NCBI GenBank assembly: GCA_000146045.2
Contig: BK006941.2
Span: forward strand, 64,001 to 128,000
Length of the DNA stretch: 64,000 nt
Direction of reading: 5' to 3'
Source of the DNA: TPA_inf: Saccharomyces
Taxonomy: Eukaryota
In this document: one piece after another, positions 12,894-23,980 of the stretch
Numbering within the stretch: the stretch's first letter is position 1
Layout: each line of letters starts with the position of its first letter
The notes under the pieces: model-generated
Seen by the model: the letters and a program-made list of their open reading frames with translations, nothing else
What the model was told of the DNA's origin: nothing
The model's database searches: none
Position numbers and translations under genes: made by a program

Positions 12894-13907
12894 ATGTCTG
12901 AATTGAAAACAGGTCATGCAGGCCATAACCCTTGGGCTTCAGTTGCCAATTCCGGTCCGATCTCTATTTTATCCTACTGTGGTTCCTCTATTTTAATGAC
13001 GGTGACTAACAAGTTCGTCGTCAATTTGAAGGATTTCAACATGAACTTTGTCATGCTTTTCGTGCAATCTTTGGTTTGTACTATAACCTTGATTATCCTA
13101 CGTATACTGGGCTATGCGAAGTTCCGTTCATTAAACAAAACAGACGCCAAGAACTGGTTCCCTATTTCCTTTTTACTGGTCTTGATGATCTACACCTCTT
13201 CGAAGGCTTTACAATACTTGGCTGTTCCAATTTACACCATTTTCAAGAATTTGACTATTATCTTGATTGCTTATGGTGAGGTTCTCTTTTTTGGTGGCTC
13301 TGTCACCTCCATGGAATTGTCATCATTTTTGTTGATGGTCCTTTCTTCTGTCGTTGCAACTTGGGGTGACCAGCAAGCTGTGGCTGCCAAGGCTGCTTCA
13401 TTGGCTGAAGGAGCAGCCGGTGCTGTTGCCTCCTTTAACCCAGGTTATTTCTGGATGTTCACCAACTGTATCACTTCTGCATTATTCGTTCTTATAATGA
13501 GAAAGAGAATTAAGTTAACTAACTTCAAGGATTTCGACACTATGTTTTACAACAATGTTTTGGCTCTACCTATTCTATTGCTGTTTTCTTTCTGTGTGGA
13601 AGATTGGTCTTCAGTTAATTTGACCAATAACTTTTCTAACGATTCGCTAACTGCTATGATCATCAGTGGTGTTGCATCCGTCGGTATTTCTTACTGTTCC
13701 GGTTGGTGTGTTCGTGTTACTTCGTCTACTACATATTCGATGGTAGGGGCTTTGAACAAGCTGCCAATTGCCTTGTCTGGTTTGATTTTCTTTGATGCTC
13801 CAAGAAACTTCTTATCTATTCTCTCCATTTTTATTGGTTTCCTATCAGGTATTATTTATGCTGTTGCCAAACAAAAGAAGCAACAAGCCCAACCTTTACG
13901 TAAATGA
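12894..13907 (+). CDS. VRG4: Golgi GDP-mannose transporter VRG4 (YGL225W), 337 aa
   Basis: 337-aa multi-pass membrane [46 protein letters not shown]...; recognised nucleotide-sugar transporter sequence. Confidence 0.9.
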
Positions 13908-14014
13908 GAACTTACGGGGGGTGCAATTTATTTTTTTTTTTTGGTTTATTTTATTTTATAGAGGCATCTAATGCAAGTAGATTTATATACAATTATACTT
14001 AAAATTGATATACC

Positions 14015-14890
<876 letters not shown>

Positions 14891-14998
14891 TCATGTATTC
14901 CGAAATTAATTCAGGTGAAATGGGGGAGTAATATGATATCAAGAAGGCGATCACTTATTGAAGTCCACATAGATACACACAGATAAACATATATATAT

Positions 14999-15002
<4 letters not shown>

Positions 15003-15037
<35 letters not shown>
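15003..15037. repeat. (TA)n microsatellite (about 17 units) in the SDT1 5' / COG1 3' intergenic region
   Basis: tatatatatatatatatatatatatatatatatat, directly visible. Confidence 0.95.
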
Positions 15038-15045
<8 letters not shown>

Positions 15046-15111
15046 CAACGCCCATACCATTATCATTATCAATAAGTTTGCGAGGCGGGTACCCTCCCTC
15101 GTGCTATTATA

Positions 15112-16365
15112 TTACTGTTGCCTTAATTGAGTAATTTGATCGATGACTAATTGCAAGAGATTGTGATTGTTGTACGAAGTTATAAAATCATCCACAACAC
15201 TCGTTGAGTTTTCCAGTGGTGAAGGTAAGCGGGATGAGATCTGAGTCTTAAACTCTTGCAATTGAGTAATCAATTTATTTCTCAAATCTGTCAGTGTCTC
15301 TTGAGGGCATTTATACAATTCTAAGTTTTGTAGGATTTCAATCGTAGGCTGCACCGTTTGATAAATTTGCAACGTGGTATCATTGGTTAAACCTTTTGAA
15401 TAGAATACCGCTGTATCAATATATTGTTTCAATGCATCATCATCAAGTGGAGATACAGTGCCATCATTGAGGTTCGTATCATTATCATGGAAGATATCTA
15501 ATTTATGAAGAGTTTCAGGCTCCTTAAGCTTGGCTCTCAAAGTAGAGAGTGTATCCAAATGTGTGTTTATTTCTTTCACGGTTCTCCGAATGAGATGGTC
15601 TCTAAAGGTGGACGAATTCACAAAATCGACAACAATCGCGTCCTTATATTGCTGATTGGAGTGATATTGATGATCTTTGCTGTTGGCACTTGATATCAGT
15701 AACGCTTGAACGTTATCGTTAAATAGTGTCTCGAATAGGGATTCATTGAATATAGAAAGTAAATCATCGTCCCACTTCGAGGAAAACTCCGTGTTTAGTA
15801 AATTGTATAGTTTTACCCACTGTAGTAAAGTTAAGTTTAATGTCTTCATAGAGTCCACCAAGAACTTCTGTAGTCGACAACATTTGTCCTTGACAAGCGC
15901 TTCAAATTTGGAAGGAACTGGTATCAAAGATAATTCGTGGAAATTCAACAGTAGCTCGTCGAATATCCGCGACGGAGTAGTGGAAGTAACTATACGATTA
16001 CAGAAGTTGTTGATGGAGATGGTCCAATTTGAAATTACTAAAATGTTTTGCGATGGTATGCTGACTTTTTCTTCGTCACGAGGTGGTGATATATGGGTAG
16101 TGGTTTGGTATGGTAGTGGAGTTAACTTATTCAACTGAAATTTTTCATCATTGAAACACAGGGATTTAAAATCTTGATCAACATTTTTCAAATTGAGCGA
16201 CAAGTCATTAACAGAATCGGTCAAGCTTAAGATCTTGTTATAGTTCTTTAGCAAATTCTTTTGGAAGGCCTCATTGGTTTTAGTCAAATCGTTCTGTAAC
16301 TCCAATTGATAATCTTTAATCTGTGGAATATGAGAATCGCGAAACAATGGTAAGACTTCATCCAT
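15112..16365 (-). CDS. COG1: Conserved oligomeric Golgi complex subunit COG1 (YGL223C), 417 aa
   Basis: 417-aa ORF; sequence, length and synteny match COG1. Confidence 0.8.
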   Translation of the reverse strand: MDEVLPLFRDSHIPQIKDYQLELQNDLTKTNEAFQKNLLKNYNKILSLTDSVNDLSLNLKNVDQDFKSLCFNDEKFQLNKLTPLPYQTTTHISPPRDEEKVSIPSQNILVISNWTISINNFCNRIVTSTTPSRIFDELLLNFHELSLIPVPSKFEALVKDKCCRLQKFLVDSMKTLNLTLLQWVKLYNLLNTEFSSKWDDDLLSIFNESLFETLFNDNVQALLISSANSKDHQYHSNQQYKDAIVVDFVNSSTFRDHLIRRTVKEINTHLDTLSTLRAKLKEPETLHKLDIFHDNDTNLNDGTVSPLDDDALKQYIDTAVFYSKGLTNDTTLQIYQTVQPTIEILQNLELYKCPQETLTDLRNKLITQLQEFKTQISSRLPSPLENSTSVVDDFITSYNNHNLLQLVIDQITQLRQQ

Positions 16366-16597
16366 TTTCTATCGTATTGGTTTTTTTTAGGTTTTCTACC
16401 ACAAGATTTGTTGTACGAATGTGTTATTTATTATTCACCGCCATGTTTCATTTTTCTTCAGCATAATGATGAACTGTAACAGAAAATAGGAAAAAAAAAT
16501 TGTCATCTGAGAAATTGCTTTGGATGACCAGATCCAAAACAGACATAAGCATTCGTATAATTGGTACATAGGTATATATCAAATAAAAATATGCATT

Positions 16598-16602
<5 letters not shown>

Positions 16603-16633
<31 letters not shown>
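16603..16633. repeat. 31-bp homopolymeric poly(dA:dT) tract between COG1 (5' side) and EDC1 (3' side)
   Basis: An uninterrupted run of 31 A, directly visible in the sequence. Confidence 0.95.
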
Positions 16634-16636
<3 letters not shown>

Positions 16637-16658
16637 AAAATGTCTCTCTAAAGGGTGA

Positions 16659-17186
16659 TTATAAAAAACTTGGTTTGGGCAAGTTTTTAGCCTCCCTTGG
16701 ACCATTAGTGGCGAAAGTGGAGCCTGCATAAGAGTGACTGAGTTTTTTGGCACTGCCATTACAACCCATTGGTATTATCCCTTGAGAGCCATGCGGGGAT
16801 TGTTTCTGGTTCAGAAGCAGATTCTTTAGGTTCTGACTCAGTAAACGAGTATCATCTTTGTTGTTCTGTCGTGGCGTTTCTTTATTATTCTGTCTGTTTT
16901 TTTTACCTAAAGTAGTTGTAGAGGAAGGGGAAGAAGGTGGAGAGTGCTTCTTTTGATTAAATGATGGTTTCTTGTTGGAAGAATGGCCGAAGTTAGGTTT
17001 CTGACCGTTAGGAAGAGTTTGAGGAGGTGGTATATCTGTGATATAGTTGTTATTATTGGCGTTCTTAGCAGCATTTCCCCTCGCACGATTATTTCTAGTT
17101 TTTTGTTTGATTAGATTATTTGTCTTGTTCCTGCCAGCCGATGGCAACAGCCTGGAGCTGTTGAAATACATGGTATCCGTCGACAT
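16659..17186 (-). CDS. EDC1: Enhancer of mRNA decapping EDC1 (YGL222C), 175 aa, N/K/R-rich
   Basis: 175-aa low-complexity basic ORF; position between COG1 and NIF3. Confidence 0.75.
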   Translation of the reverse strand: MSTDTMYFNSSRLLPSAGRNKTNNLIKQKTRNNRARGNAAKNANNNNYITDIPPPQTLPNGQKPNFGHSSNKKPSFNQKKHSPPSSPSSTTTLGKKNRQNNKETPRQNNKDDTRLLSQNLKNLLLNQKQSPHGSQGIIPMGCNGSAKKLSHSYAGSTFATNGPREAKNLPKPSFL

Positions 17187-17425
17187 GCCTTGTAATATTT
17201 GTGTGAGTATATTTGTGTGCTAAGTGTAATTACGTTACGCTTTGCTGAGTACTTCGTCTTCAATACAGAGTATGTTATTGTCCTTGTTATTTGAAGACTT
17301 TTACCTTTTCTATCCGTATTTCTCTATCCGATACAACAACATCATTTTACACGAACAGCCGGATGATAAAACTGTAGTACGTATGGTATTTGTGATATCC
17401 TATATAGCCATATAATTACTAGCAG

Positions 17426-18292
17426 CTATGCAACAGTCAAAGGATCGCAATCCATTTTGCTTACGACTACTTCGTGGCCCTCATCTTGCAACAAGCCCTT
17501 CATAACGTCTTGAAGGAATCCACGCTCAGTATTTGAGTGGTTGCAAACAATAACGGTCTTGCCCATTTCTTTCCACTTCAGTACTTCATGATGTGACATT
17601 TCTCCCGTATAGTAAAGGTCTACGTCCTCTTTTAGTTGCTTAAACACGCCAGAACCGCTCCCGGCACAGACAGCGACTTTTTTGATTTTGAGTTGATTCC
17701 ATGCGGATGGAGCAGCAAGAGATGCTACTTGTACATAGGGAACCCGTAAAACACGCTTGACATTTTTGACAATTTGCTCCAAAGAGATGTCTTTATTGAA
17801 TTCTACGAATCTACCGTAGCCAATCAAGTCGTCAGTTTCGCCACTTACAGTTTCCAAGGCATAAGACTTTGCGACGTTCTCTCCGTTGTTCAAACCCCTA
17901 ACCAACCAGTCATTTACACCGCCACGAGCGGCATCTACGGCAGTGTGAGGGCAGTATACGGATATTCCGTACTGGATTAGCTTTATAGCTGTCTCGTGTT
18001 GTGGGTTTGTATGTGGGCTTAATCTGTTCCAGCTTGGGAAAATAAAAGGATGGTAAGCAACAATTACGTTGCAGTTAGCATCCACAGCTTCTTGAGCAAC
18101 TGACTTCGTGAGGTCTACAGTCAAAAGGACCTTTGTTTTAGCGTTTGCATCGGCAGTGGTGACTTGTGCAGTGGAACAATCGATGAGAAGACCCGTATTG
18201 TCCCAGCTCTTGTCTGCGTACTTTTGAGGGTAGAACTTGGTAATGCTACGCACAAGTTTGTCCAATTGTGCTCTAGTAATAGCTCTGCTCAT
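17426..18292 (-). CDS. NIF3: NIF3 (YGL221C), 288 aa, NIF3/YqfO family (GTP cyclohydrolase 1 type 2 homolog)
   Basis: 288-aa ORF with conserved NIF3-family metal-binding histidines (…AYHPFIF…, …CNHSNTE…). Confidence 0.85.
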   Translation of the reverse strand: MSRAITRAQLDKLVRSITKFYPQKYADKSWDNTGLLIDCSTAQVTTADANAKTKVLLTVDLTKSVAQEAVDANCNVIVAYHPFIFPSWNRLSPHTNPQHETAIKLIQYGISVYCPHTAVDAARGGVNDWLVRGLNNGENVAKSYALETVSGETDDLIGYGRFVEFNKDISLEQIVKNVKRVLRVPYVQVASLAAPSAWNQLKIKKVAVCAGSGSGVFKQLKEDVDLYYTGEMSHHEVLKWKEMGKTVIVCNHSNTERGFLQDVMKGLLQDEGHEVVVSKMDCDPLTVA

Positions 18293-18373
18293 TGCGTTTC
18301 GGTGGACTCTTGTTCTGTTTCCTTCCGACTGTGTATTGGAATAAGTTTTTCGGTGTTATATATATACATATAT

Positions 18374-18736
18374 ATGACAGGTGAAAGAATTGAAAAGGTG
18401 AAAATAAATGACGAATTTGCAAAATCACATTTCCTAACAACTCAGTGGAGAGAAACAAAGCGCCAACGACACTATAAGATGCCCGTTACTGAACAGGGAC
18501 TCCGCGAGAGGATAGAATCAGCCATACCGCAAGTTTACCATATCATTGTGACGGATCTTTCGTACGGTTGTGGTCAGTCGTTTGATATTGTGGTGGTCAG
18601 CGACTTCTTTCAAGGTAAAAGCAAACTAATGAGGAGTCGTGCAGTGAACAAGGCTGTGAAAGAAGAGCTGCAGGAGATTCATGCCTTTAGCTGCAAGTGC
18701 TACACTGAGGAGGAATGGTCTAAGATTGTGGTATGA
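18374..18736 (+). CDS. BOL2: BolA-like protein BOL2/FRA2 (YGL220W), 120 aa
   Basis: The track ORF 18164-18736 is 190 aa, but the protein I recall starts at Met 18374 (MTGERIEKVKINDEF...), giving 120 aa with BolA fold motifs; upstream in-frame sequence overlaps NIF3 and is treated as an artefact. Confidence 0.75.
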   Translation: MTGERIEKVKINDEFAKSHFLTTQWRETKRQRHYKMPVTEQGLRERIESAIPQVYHIIVTDLSYGCGQSFDIVVVSDFFQGKSKLMRSRAVNKAVKEELQEIHAFSCKCYTEEEWSKIVV

Positions 18737-18877
18737 AAAGGATGATATTGTTCTATTATTAAGTTTCGAAAGGAGACGGCATTGAATCTTTTTGGCATAG
18801 ACGATTTTGCTTTCTTACGTTATTTACATCGGAGAGTATGTATTTGTGTAGTTATGTACTTAGATATGTAACTTAAT

Positions 18878-20257
18878 TTAATGATATGGTGGGGGGCTAT
18901 CCTCCATGCCCCATTTCCAGTTATTTGAAGGTTCTTGCGAGTTCAAACCTATGAAGTAAAACGGTTTCTTTTTAGATGTATCTTTCTTGGAGTCCAAATT
19001 TAGCGATATTTTTTCTGGTATAACGTATTTATCCCTTATCGATACTGTTGTTTTCAAATATGGGGGAGATTGTTCTTCAAGCTCGGGTATCGGTGTTTGG
19101 ACCGGTGTGGACGTAACTGTTTCAATAGCAGTACTATCATCAACAGCCTGTTCTCCTTGTGATTGTAGGTTCGATGGTGTGCGGGTCTTTTTGCATTTGA
19201 TCTTTCTTCTCCTTGGTTTGGCATTGTCGTCGTTGCTGTTACTCCTATCGAAAAGTCGAGACTGAATCTTGGTTATCGTAGCCAAATCGTACTGGCTGGA
19301 ATCTAACACTGTTTTAGGTAATAGATTGTGGGAACAGTAGAATGGCTTTACCAATTGTTTTGATGATACGGTTGATGACTTTGGTTGTGGAAATGATTGC
19401 GAAGAGTAGTAATTGTTTAAAGAGGGCATCCTTGATATAAATCTGTACAAGTTTTGTCTTTCCAAGCAACCAGGTATAGCGGAAAGAGAATTCATCACAG
19501 TGGAATGTAGTGACAGTGTTGACCTCGACGACACAATGCTTGAAAGACGTAGCATGTTTATTGGAGAAAGCTCTTGAAAATCTGATCCGTCCAAGATTAC
19601 ATTCCTAGACATTGTAGTTTGTTGATGATGATGCTCTCTTTTACCAGGGATGGTACTGGTGCTCTCGCCGCGATTGGTGAACCAGTTCTGTGACGTGTTG
19701 AAGATCAAAGAAGGAAGAACATCCTTGAACACTACATGCATGGACTCTTTTAGCCTTCTCTCAATGGTGCTTTGGAGAATTTTTACAGAACAATCAAACT
19801 TAAAATCCAAATCAACGTCATTAAAGGATATCCCAATTCCAGGGTTCTTTACAAAAATATTCGTGATGGCTTCTAGCTCGATGGAACTGAACGTCATAGT
19901 TATAGGAATTGTGAACGATCCATTATTGATGAGCTGGGGCATGGTAAAGCTGGGTGTATCCTGTTCGTTAATCAATAAAAGATTCGACTCTATGACTGTC
20001 TGTATCCGCAACATAGCATCCTTACATGAAATCTTGCAAATCCCCTTGGCCAGAGACTTGGGCTGCGTGATAATGTCTAGGTCCAGAATTTCTAGCTGTG
20101 GTATTGTAGGAAAATCCACCTTCTGTACCTTAATTCCGCTTTTCAAGATATCTAATTTCTTTTTAGACGGTGAGTTCAAAGCCGTAGATAACTTTTCCCG
20201 TATTCGTTCATTGAAAGAGTTATCACCAAACACAGCTTCGTTGAATCTAAATGACAT
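18878..20257 (-). CDS. MDM34: ERMES complex subunit MDM34 (YGL219C), 459 aa
   Basis: 459-aa [33 protein letters not shown]...; SMP-domain N-terminus; C-terminal PPPY motif. Confidence 0.85.
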   Translation of the reverse strand: MSFRFNEAVFGDNSFNERIREKLSTALNSPSKKKLDILKSGIKVQKVDFPTIPQLEILDLDIITQPKSLAKGICKISCKDAMLRIQTVIESNLLLINEQDTPSFTMPQLINNGSFTIPITMTFSSIELEAITNIFVKNPGIGISFNDVDLDFKFDCSVKILQSTIERRLKESMHVVFKDVLPSLIFNTSQNWFTNRGESTSTIPGKREHHHQQTTMSRNVILDGSDFQELSPINMLRLSSIVSSRSTLSLHSTVMNSLSAIPGCLERQNLYRFISRMPSLNNYYSSQSFPQPKSSTVSSKQLVKPFYCSHNLLPKTVLDSSQYDLATITKIQSRLFDRSNSNDDNAKPRRRKIKCKKTRTPSNLQSQGEQAVDDSTAIETVTSTPVQTPIPELEEQSPPYLKTTVSIRDKYVIPEKISLNLDSKKDTSKKKPFYFIGLNSQEPSNNWKWGMEDSPPPYH

Positions 20258-20884
20258 GACGATGCTGAAGTTTCTTGCAGTTGTGTTTTTTTTGTTATAA
20301 TTGTTACTGTTTCTATGTTTTACGAATCTTCCATGACTCTTCTAATTGGTCTCTTTTTACTACAAGGCTTCATGGCCCTTTTTCAAACCTAATTTATAAG
20401 TTCTTTGCCCTATGCTTAAAACAGTTTAGCCCTATTTAATATAGTACAAAAAAGGAAAAACCTAATTGAAAAAAGCTATTCACCCTAGGTCATTACTACT
20501 TTTTCCCTTAGCTAGCCGTGTTTTTAGTTTTTGTTTTGTTTATTTTACCTGTATTATGCCTTGTTTGATGACTTTAGTATGGGTTTGGTTTGTCTTATCC
20601 TTGGATACAAAAGGACCAGATACATTCACGTCTGGTCGGTAGAACATCGGTATCCAGTATAGTGTTCAGCTGTTCCTATAGAGACAAAATTTATAATCTG
20701 CGTGTAACAAATATCTGCAGGTTAAAAAAGTCCAGATCAGTGTTTCGAAGCTGTTGATTTTTCTTTTTTTTTTTTTATATTAAAATTTTCATATTCCCTG
20801 ATTGCATCGTTTATCTGATTATCATTTCATTGCATTCTTTAACTACTTGAGTTTTCTTTCCAGCTGTATACTATTGACACTAAC

Positions 20885-23302
20885 ATGAACGTGCCTGAAA
20901 CAAGACAATCCTCCATAGTCGTAGCTATAAGAGTAAGGCCCTTTACGTCAATGGAAAAAACAAGATTGGTCAATGAAGCTAGTGGTGCAGAAGCTAACTT
21001 TCCCGGTTTGGGGGATTCGTCGTTAATATTACCCATGAGTAATAACTCCGACTCCGATATAGACATAGACGCTGAAGAAGGTTCTACGCGGAGCAAAAGA
21101 AATAGCTTGCTGAGGAGAAAAGTAATTAGACCGGAGGGTATACGTAAAATTGTGGATTGTGTGGATGATAGAATGCTCATATTCGACCCAGCTGATAGAA
21201 ACCCATTGAACAAAGTGAGTGATCAGGTCCTGAACTCGATGCGTGCAAGGGCCACTAAGGCCACTGCGTCCTCTATCAATAACAGCAATGCTACGAACAA
21301 ATTTTCTTCGCAACGTCGAAGGCACGGTGGCGAAATCAAGTTTGTATTTGATAAATTGTTTGATGAAACCTCTTCCCAAGCCCGTGTATACAAAGAGACC
21401 ACCAGCCCGCTCCTAGATTCTGTTTTAGATGGATTCAACAGTACCGTATTTGCTTACGGTGCTACTGGTTGTGGCAAGACATATACTGTGAGTGGCACAC
21501 CTTCACAGCCGGGGATCATATTTCTAGCCATGGAGGAACTATTCAATAAAATTACAGACCTGAAGGACGAAAAAGACTTCGAGATTTCACTGTCTTACTT
21601 GGAAATATACAATGAAAGAATCAGAGACCTTTTGAAACCAGAGACACCATCTAAAAGATTGGTCATTAGAGAAGATACGCAGAACCACATCAAAGTGGCG
21701 AATTTGTCGTATCACCACCCAAATACGGTAGAAGATGTGATGGACTTAGTTGTCCAGGGAAACATAAACAGGACTACGTCACCGACGGAAGCAAACGAAG
21801 TATCTTCACGATCTCATGCAGTGCTGCAAATACACATCATGCAGACAAATAAGCTTGTAGACTTGACCTCGCAACATACATTTGCTACACTTTCAATAAT
21901 CGATCTAGCTGGGAGCGAAAGAGCCGCCGCAACAAGAAACCGTGGTATAAGATTACACGAAGGTGCGAATATAAATAGATCCCTACTAGCACTGGGCAAT
22001 TGCATTAACGCGTTGTGCTTGAATGATGGCAGCAGAAGCTGTCATATTCCATACAGGGATTCCAAGTTAACTAGGCTGTTGAAATTTTCACTGGGTGGCA
22101 ATTGCAAAACAGTCATGATTGTTTGCATATCGCCCAGCAGTTCACATTATGATGAGACATTGAATACTTTGAAATATGCAAATCGTGCTAAAGAAATAAA
22201 GACCAAAATAATCAGAAATCAGCAGTCTTTGAGTAGACACGTTGGATCTTATTTGAAAATGATTACGGAACAAAAGCGACAAATCGAAGAGTTACGCGAA
22301 CGTGAAGAGAAGATGATTTCTTTGAAGCTAACGAAATACAAACTAAACAAAGAAAAGATCCAGTTAGCCATTAACGAGTGCGTCAATCGTGTTCAGCAAA
22401 CGTATGCAGGAGTGGAAACGTATCAAGTAGCCAAGACCTTGAAATCATTAATACTTTGTAAAAGGCGGTTTTTGCAAATGGTCAAGCTAGAAGTGGATAA
22501 TTTGATACTATTATTTGAACGGGAGGAAAGTACAGCCGCCGAGATGCAGCCGGTGATTAGTAATTGCCGAATGATCAGTGGTCAGCTTTATAACAAAATA
22601 CACGAGTTAGAAATGAAATTTGATGAAACCGACACTCTGAGTTCCGTCATTCATCAGGTACATTCCATTGACTTGAACAAGTTAAGAGAGATGGAGGACT
22701 GGGATGAAACTTACGACCTGGTGTACTTGGAGTCGTGTTTAAATCAAATATCAGAATTACAAAGAAACGAAATCTTGGTTAATTCCTCCATAATGACAGA
22801 AAAATTAATGTCAGATCCGGGTTTGAACTCCCGATTTAAATTTCTATCAAAGTGGCTGATGAATAGGACACCTAACATTGAATCCATAATTCAAGACCTG
22901 GTTCATATCGACGAGGAGTTTGAATCTTTTGCCAGAACTTTTATCGCCAATCCCGATAGCAATTTTACAAACACAAATATAAATATAATAAACACGACGG
23001 CAGCTGACTTGGCTGTTCCCGCTGAGACCCTACAACGGCAAAATTTTTCCCAAAAAAAAGTAAAGTGGACGAGTCCCGACCTTAGTCCCAGCCCTATGAT
23101 TGAACCACAACCGGAGCTAGAACCAGAACTACACCAAGATCAAGACGCCATTGCAAGTGAAGTGGACGTAAGTATGCAAGATACCACATTCAATGAGCAG
23201 GGGCCCTCGACCCCCTCCGCTCCGACTACAGCGGTTCCAAGAAGGAAGATGCGCTCCTCCCTTCTTACTCATCAAAGTCTACTGGCCACTGCCAGGAAAT
23301 AA
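20885..23302 (+). CDS. KIP3: Kinesin-8 motor KIP3 (YGL216W), 805 aa
   Basis: 805-aa ORF with N-terminal kinesin motor domain (P-loop GATGCGKTYT, switch motifs SSRSH, DLAGSE). Confidence 0.9.
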   Translation: MNVPETRQSSIVVAIRVRPFTSMEKTRLVNEASGAEANFPGLGDSSLILPMSNNSDSDIDIDAEEGSTRSKRNSLLRRKVIRPEGIRKIVDCVDDRMLIFDPADRNPLNKVSDQVLNSMRARATKATASSINNSNATNKFSSQRRRHGGEIKFVFDKLFDETSSQARVYKETTSPLLDSVLDGFNSTVFAYGATGCGKTYTVSGTPSQPGIIFLAMEELFNKITDLKDEKDFEISLSYLEIYNERIRDLLKPETPSKRLVIREDTQNHIKVANLSYHHPNTVEDVMDLVVQGNINRTTSPTEANEVSSRSHAVLQIHIMQTNKLVDLTSQHTFATLSIIDLAGSERAAATRNRGIRLHEGANINRSLLALGNCINALCLNDGSRSCHIPYRDSKLTRLLKFSLGGNCKTVMIVCISPSSSHYDETLNTLKYANRAKEIKTKIIRNQQSLSRHVGSYLKMITEQKRQIEELREREEKMISLKLTKYKLNKEKIQLAINECVNRVQQTYAGVETYQVAKTLKSLILCKRRFLQMVKLEVDNLILLFEREESTAAEMQPVISNCRMISGQLYNKIHELEMKFDETDTLSSVIHQVHSIDLNKLREMEDWDETYDLVYLESCLNQISELQRNEILVNSSIMTEKLMSDPGLNSRFKFLSKWLMNRTPNIESIIQDLVHIDEEFESFARTFIANPDSNFTNTNINIINTTAADLAVPAETLQRQNFSQKKVKWTSPDLSPSPMIEPQPELEPELHQDQDAIASEVDVSMQDTTFNEQGPSTPSAPTTAVPRRKMRSSLLTHQSLLATARK

Positions 23303-23980
23303 CATACATATCCTACGTAAACTATCGAATATAACTTCTTTCCGCCAGCATTAAACGCATTTATGTTGATTAATTCCGGGTTACGGGAAAAATTTTTCTT
23401 TAATTTCTTTTTTTTGAATTTATTTGGCACGAGAAAAGGTTCAAAGTGAATAATTGCTTTTAGTCATTAGACACATTACCTACTTTCTAAGAGATTCTAA
23501 AAGAAACTAAGCACCACAAATCATTGATCTTTTAAGAAAAACGCACAAGGATCATATACTAGATTCTCGTTCTCGTTTTTTCTTCCTTTTTTTTTTCTCT
23601 AAAGCCTTTTACTGGGTTAATTTCCTTTATTGACCCAAATTAAAAGAAAACGTTTCTCAGGAGACTCTTTTAAGCAAAATTTAGCAAATTTGTGTTTGCT
23701 GTTGTTTTTACAGAGACTGCATTACTTGAAGGTTTGCCTTTAAGTCTTCGAGTCGTTTTTTTTTATTAACTTTAATCCTTTTTCTGTGTGTTTGTGTATA
23801 TTCAGTGGGGTTATTTTACAGTATTCGAAGAGACTTCGTTTCACACATTTAAACCAGCTTTATTAGCGTTTAGCTTATACACTACAAGGAATTTTTTTTT
23901 TCTTTAACATTATTAAGACAGTTATTGAGTTAATTCGTCTTCAGCCCCCCTCCCCCCAACAAACCCCCCTTCATATAGAA

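Noticed and set aside
18164-18373. N-terminal 70-codon extension of the BOL2 ORF
   Set aside because: The extension overlaps NIF3 coding sequence on the opposite strand. The BolA domain and my recalled 120-aa protein start at Met 18374.
19650-20300. 216-aa ORF on the plus strand
   Set aside because: It lies entirely antisense within MDM34 and has low-complexity composition, so it is an overlap artefact (matches the dubious YGL218W-type ORFs).
20839-21379. 124-aa and 116-aa minus-strand ORFs
   Set aside because: They are antisense to the KIP3 motor-domain coding sequence and have no independent support.
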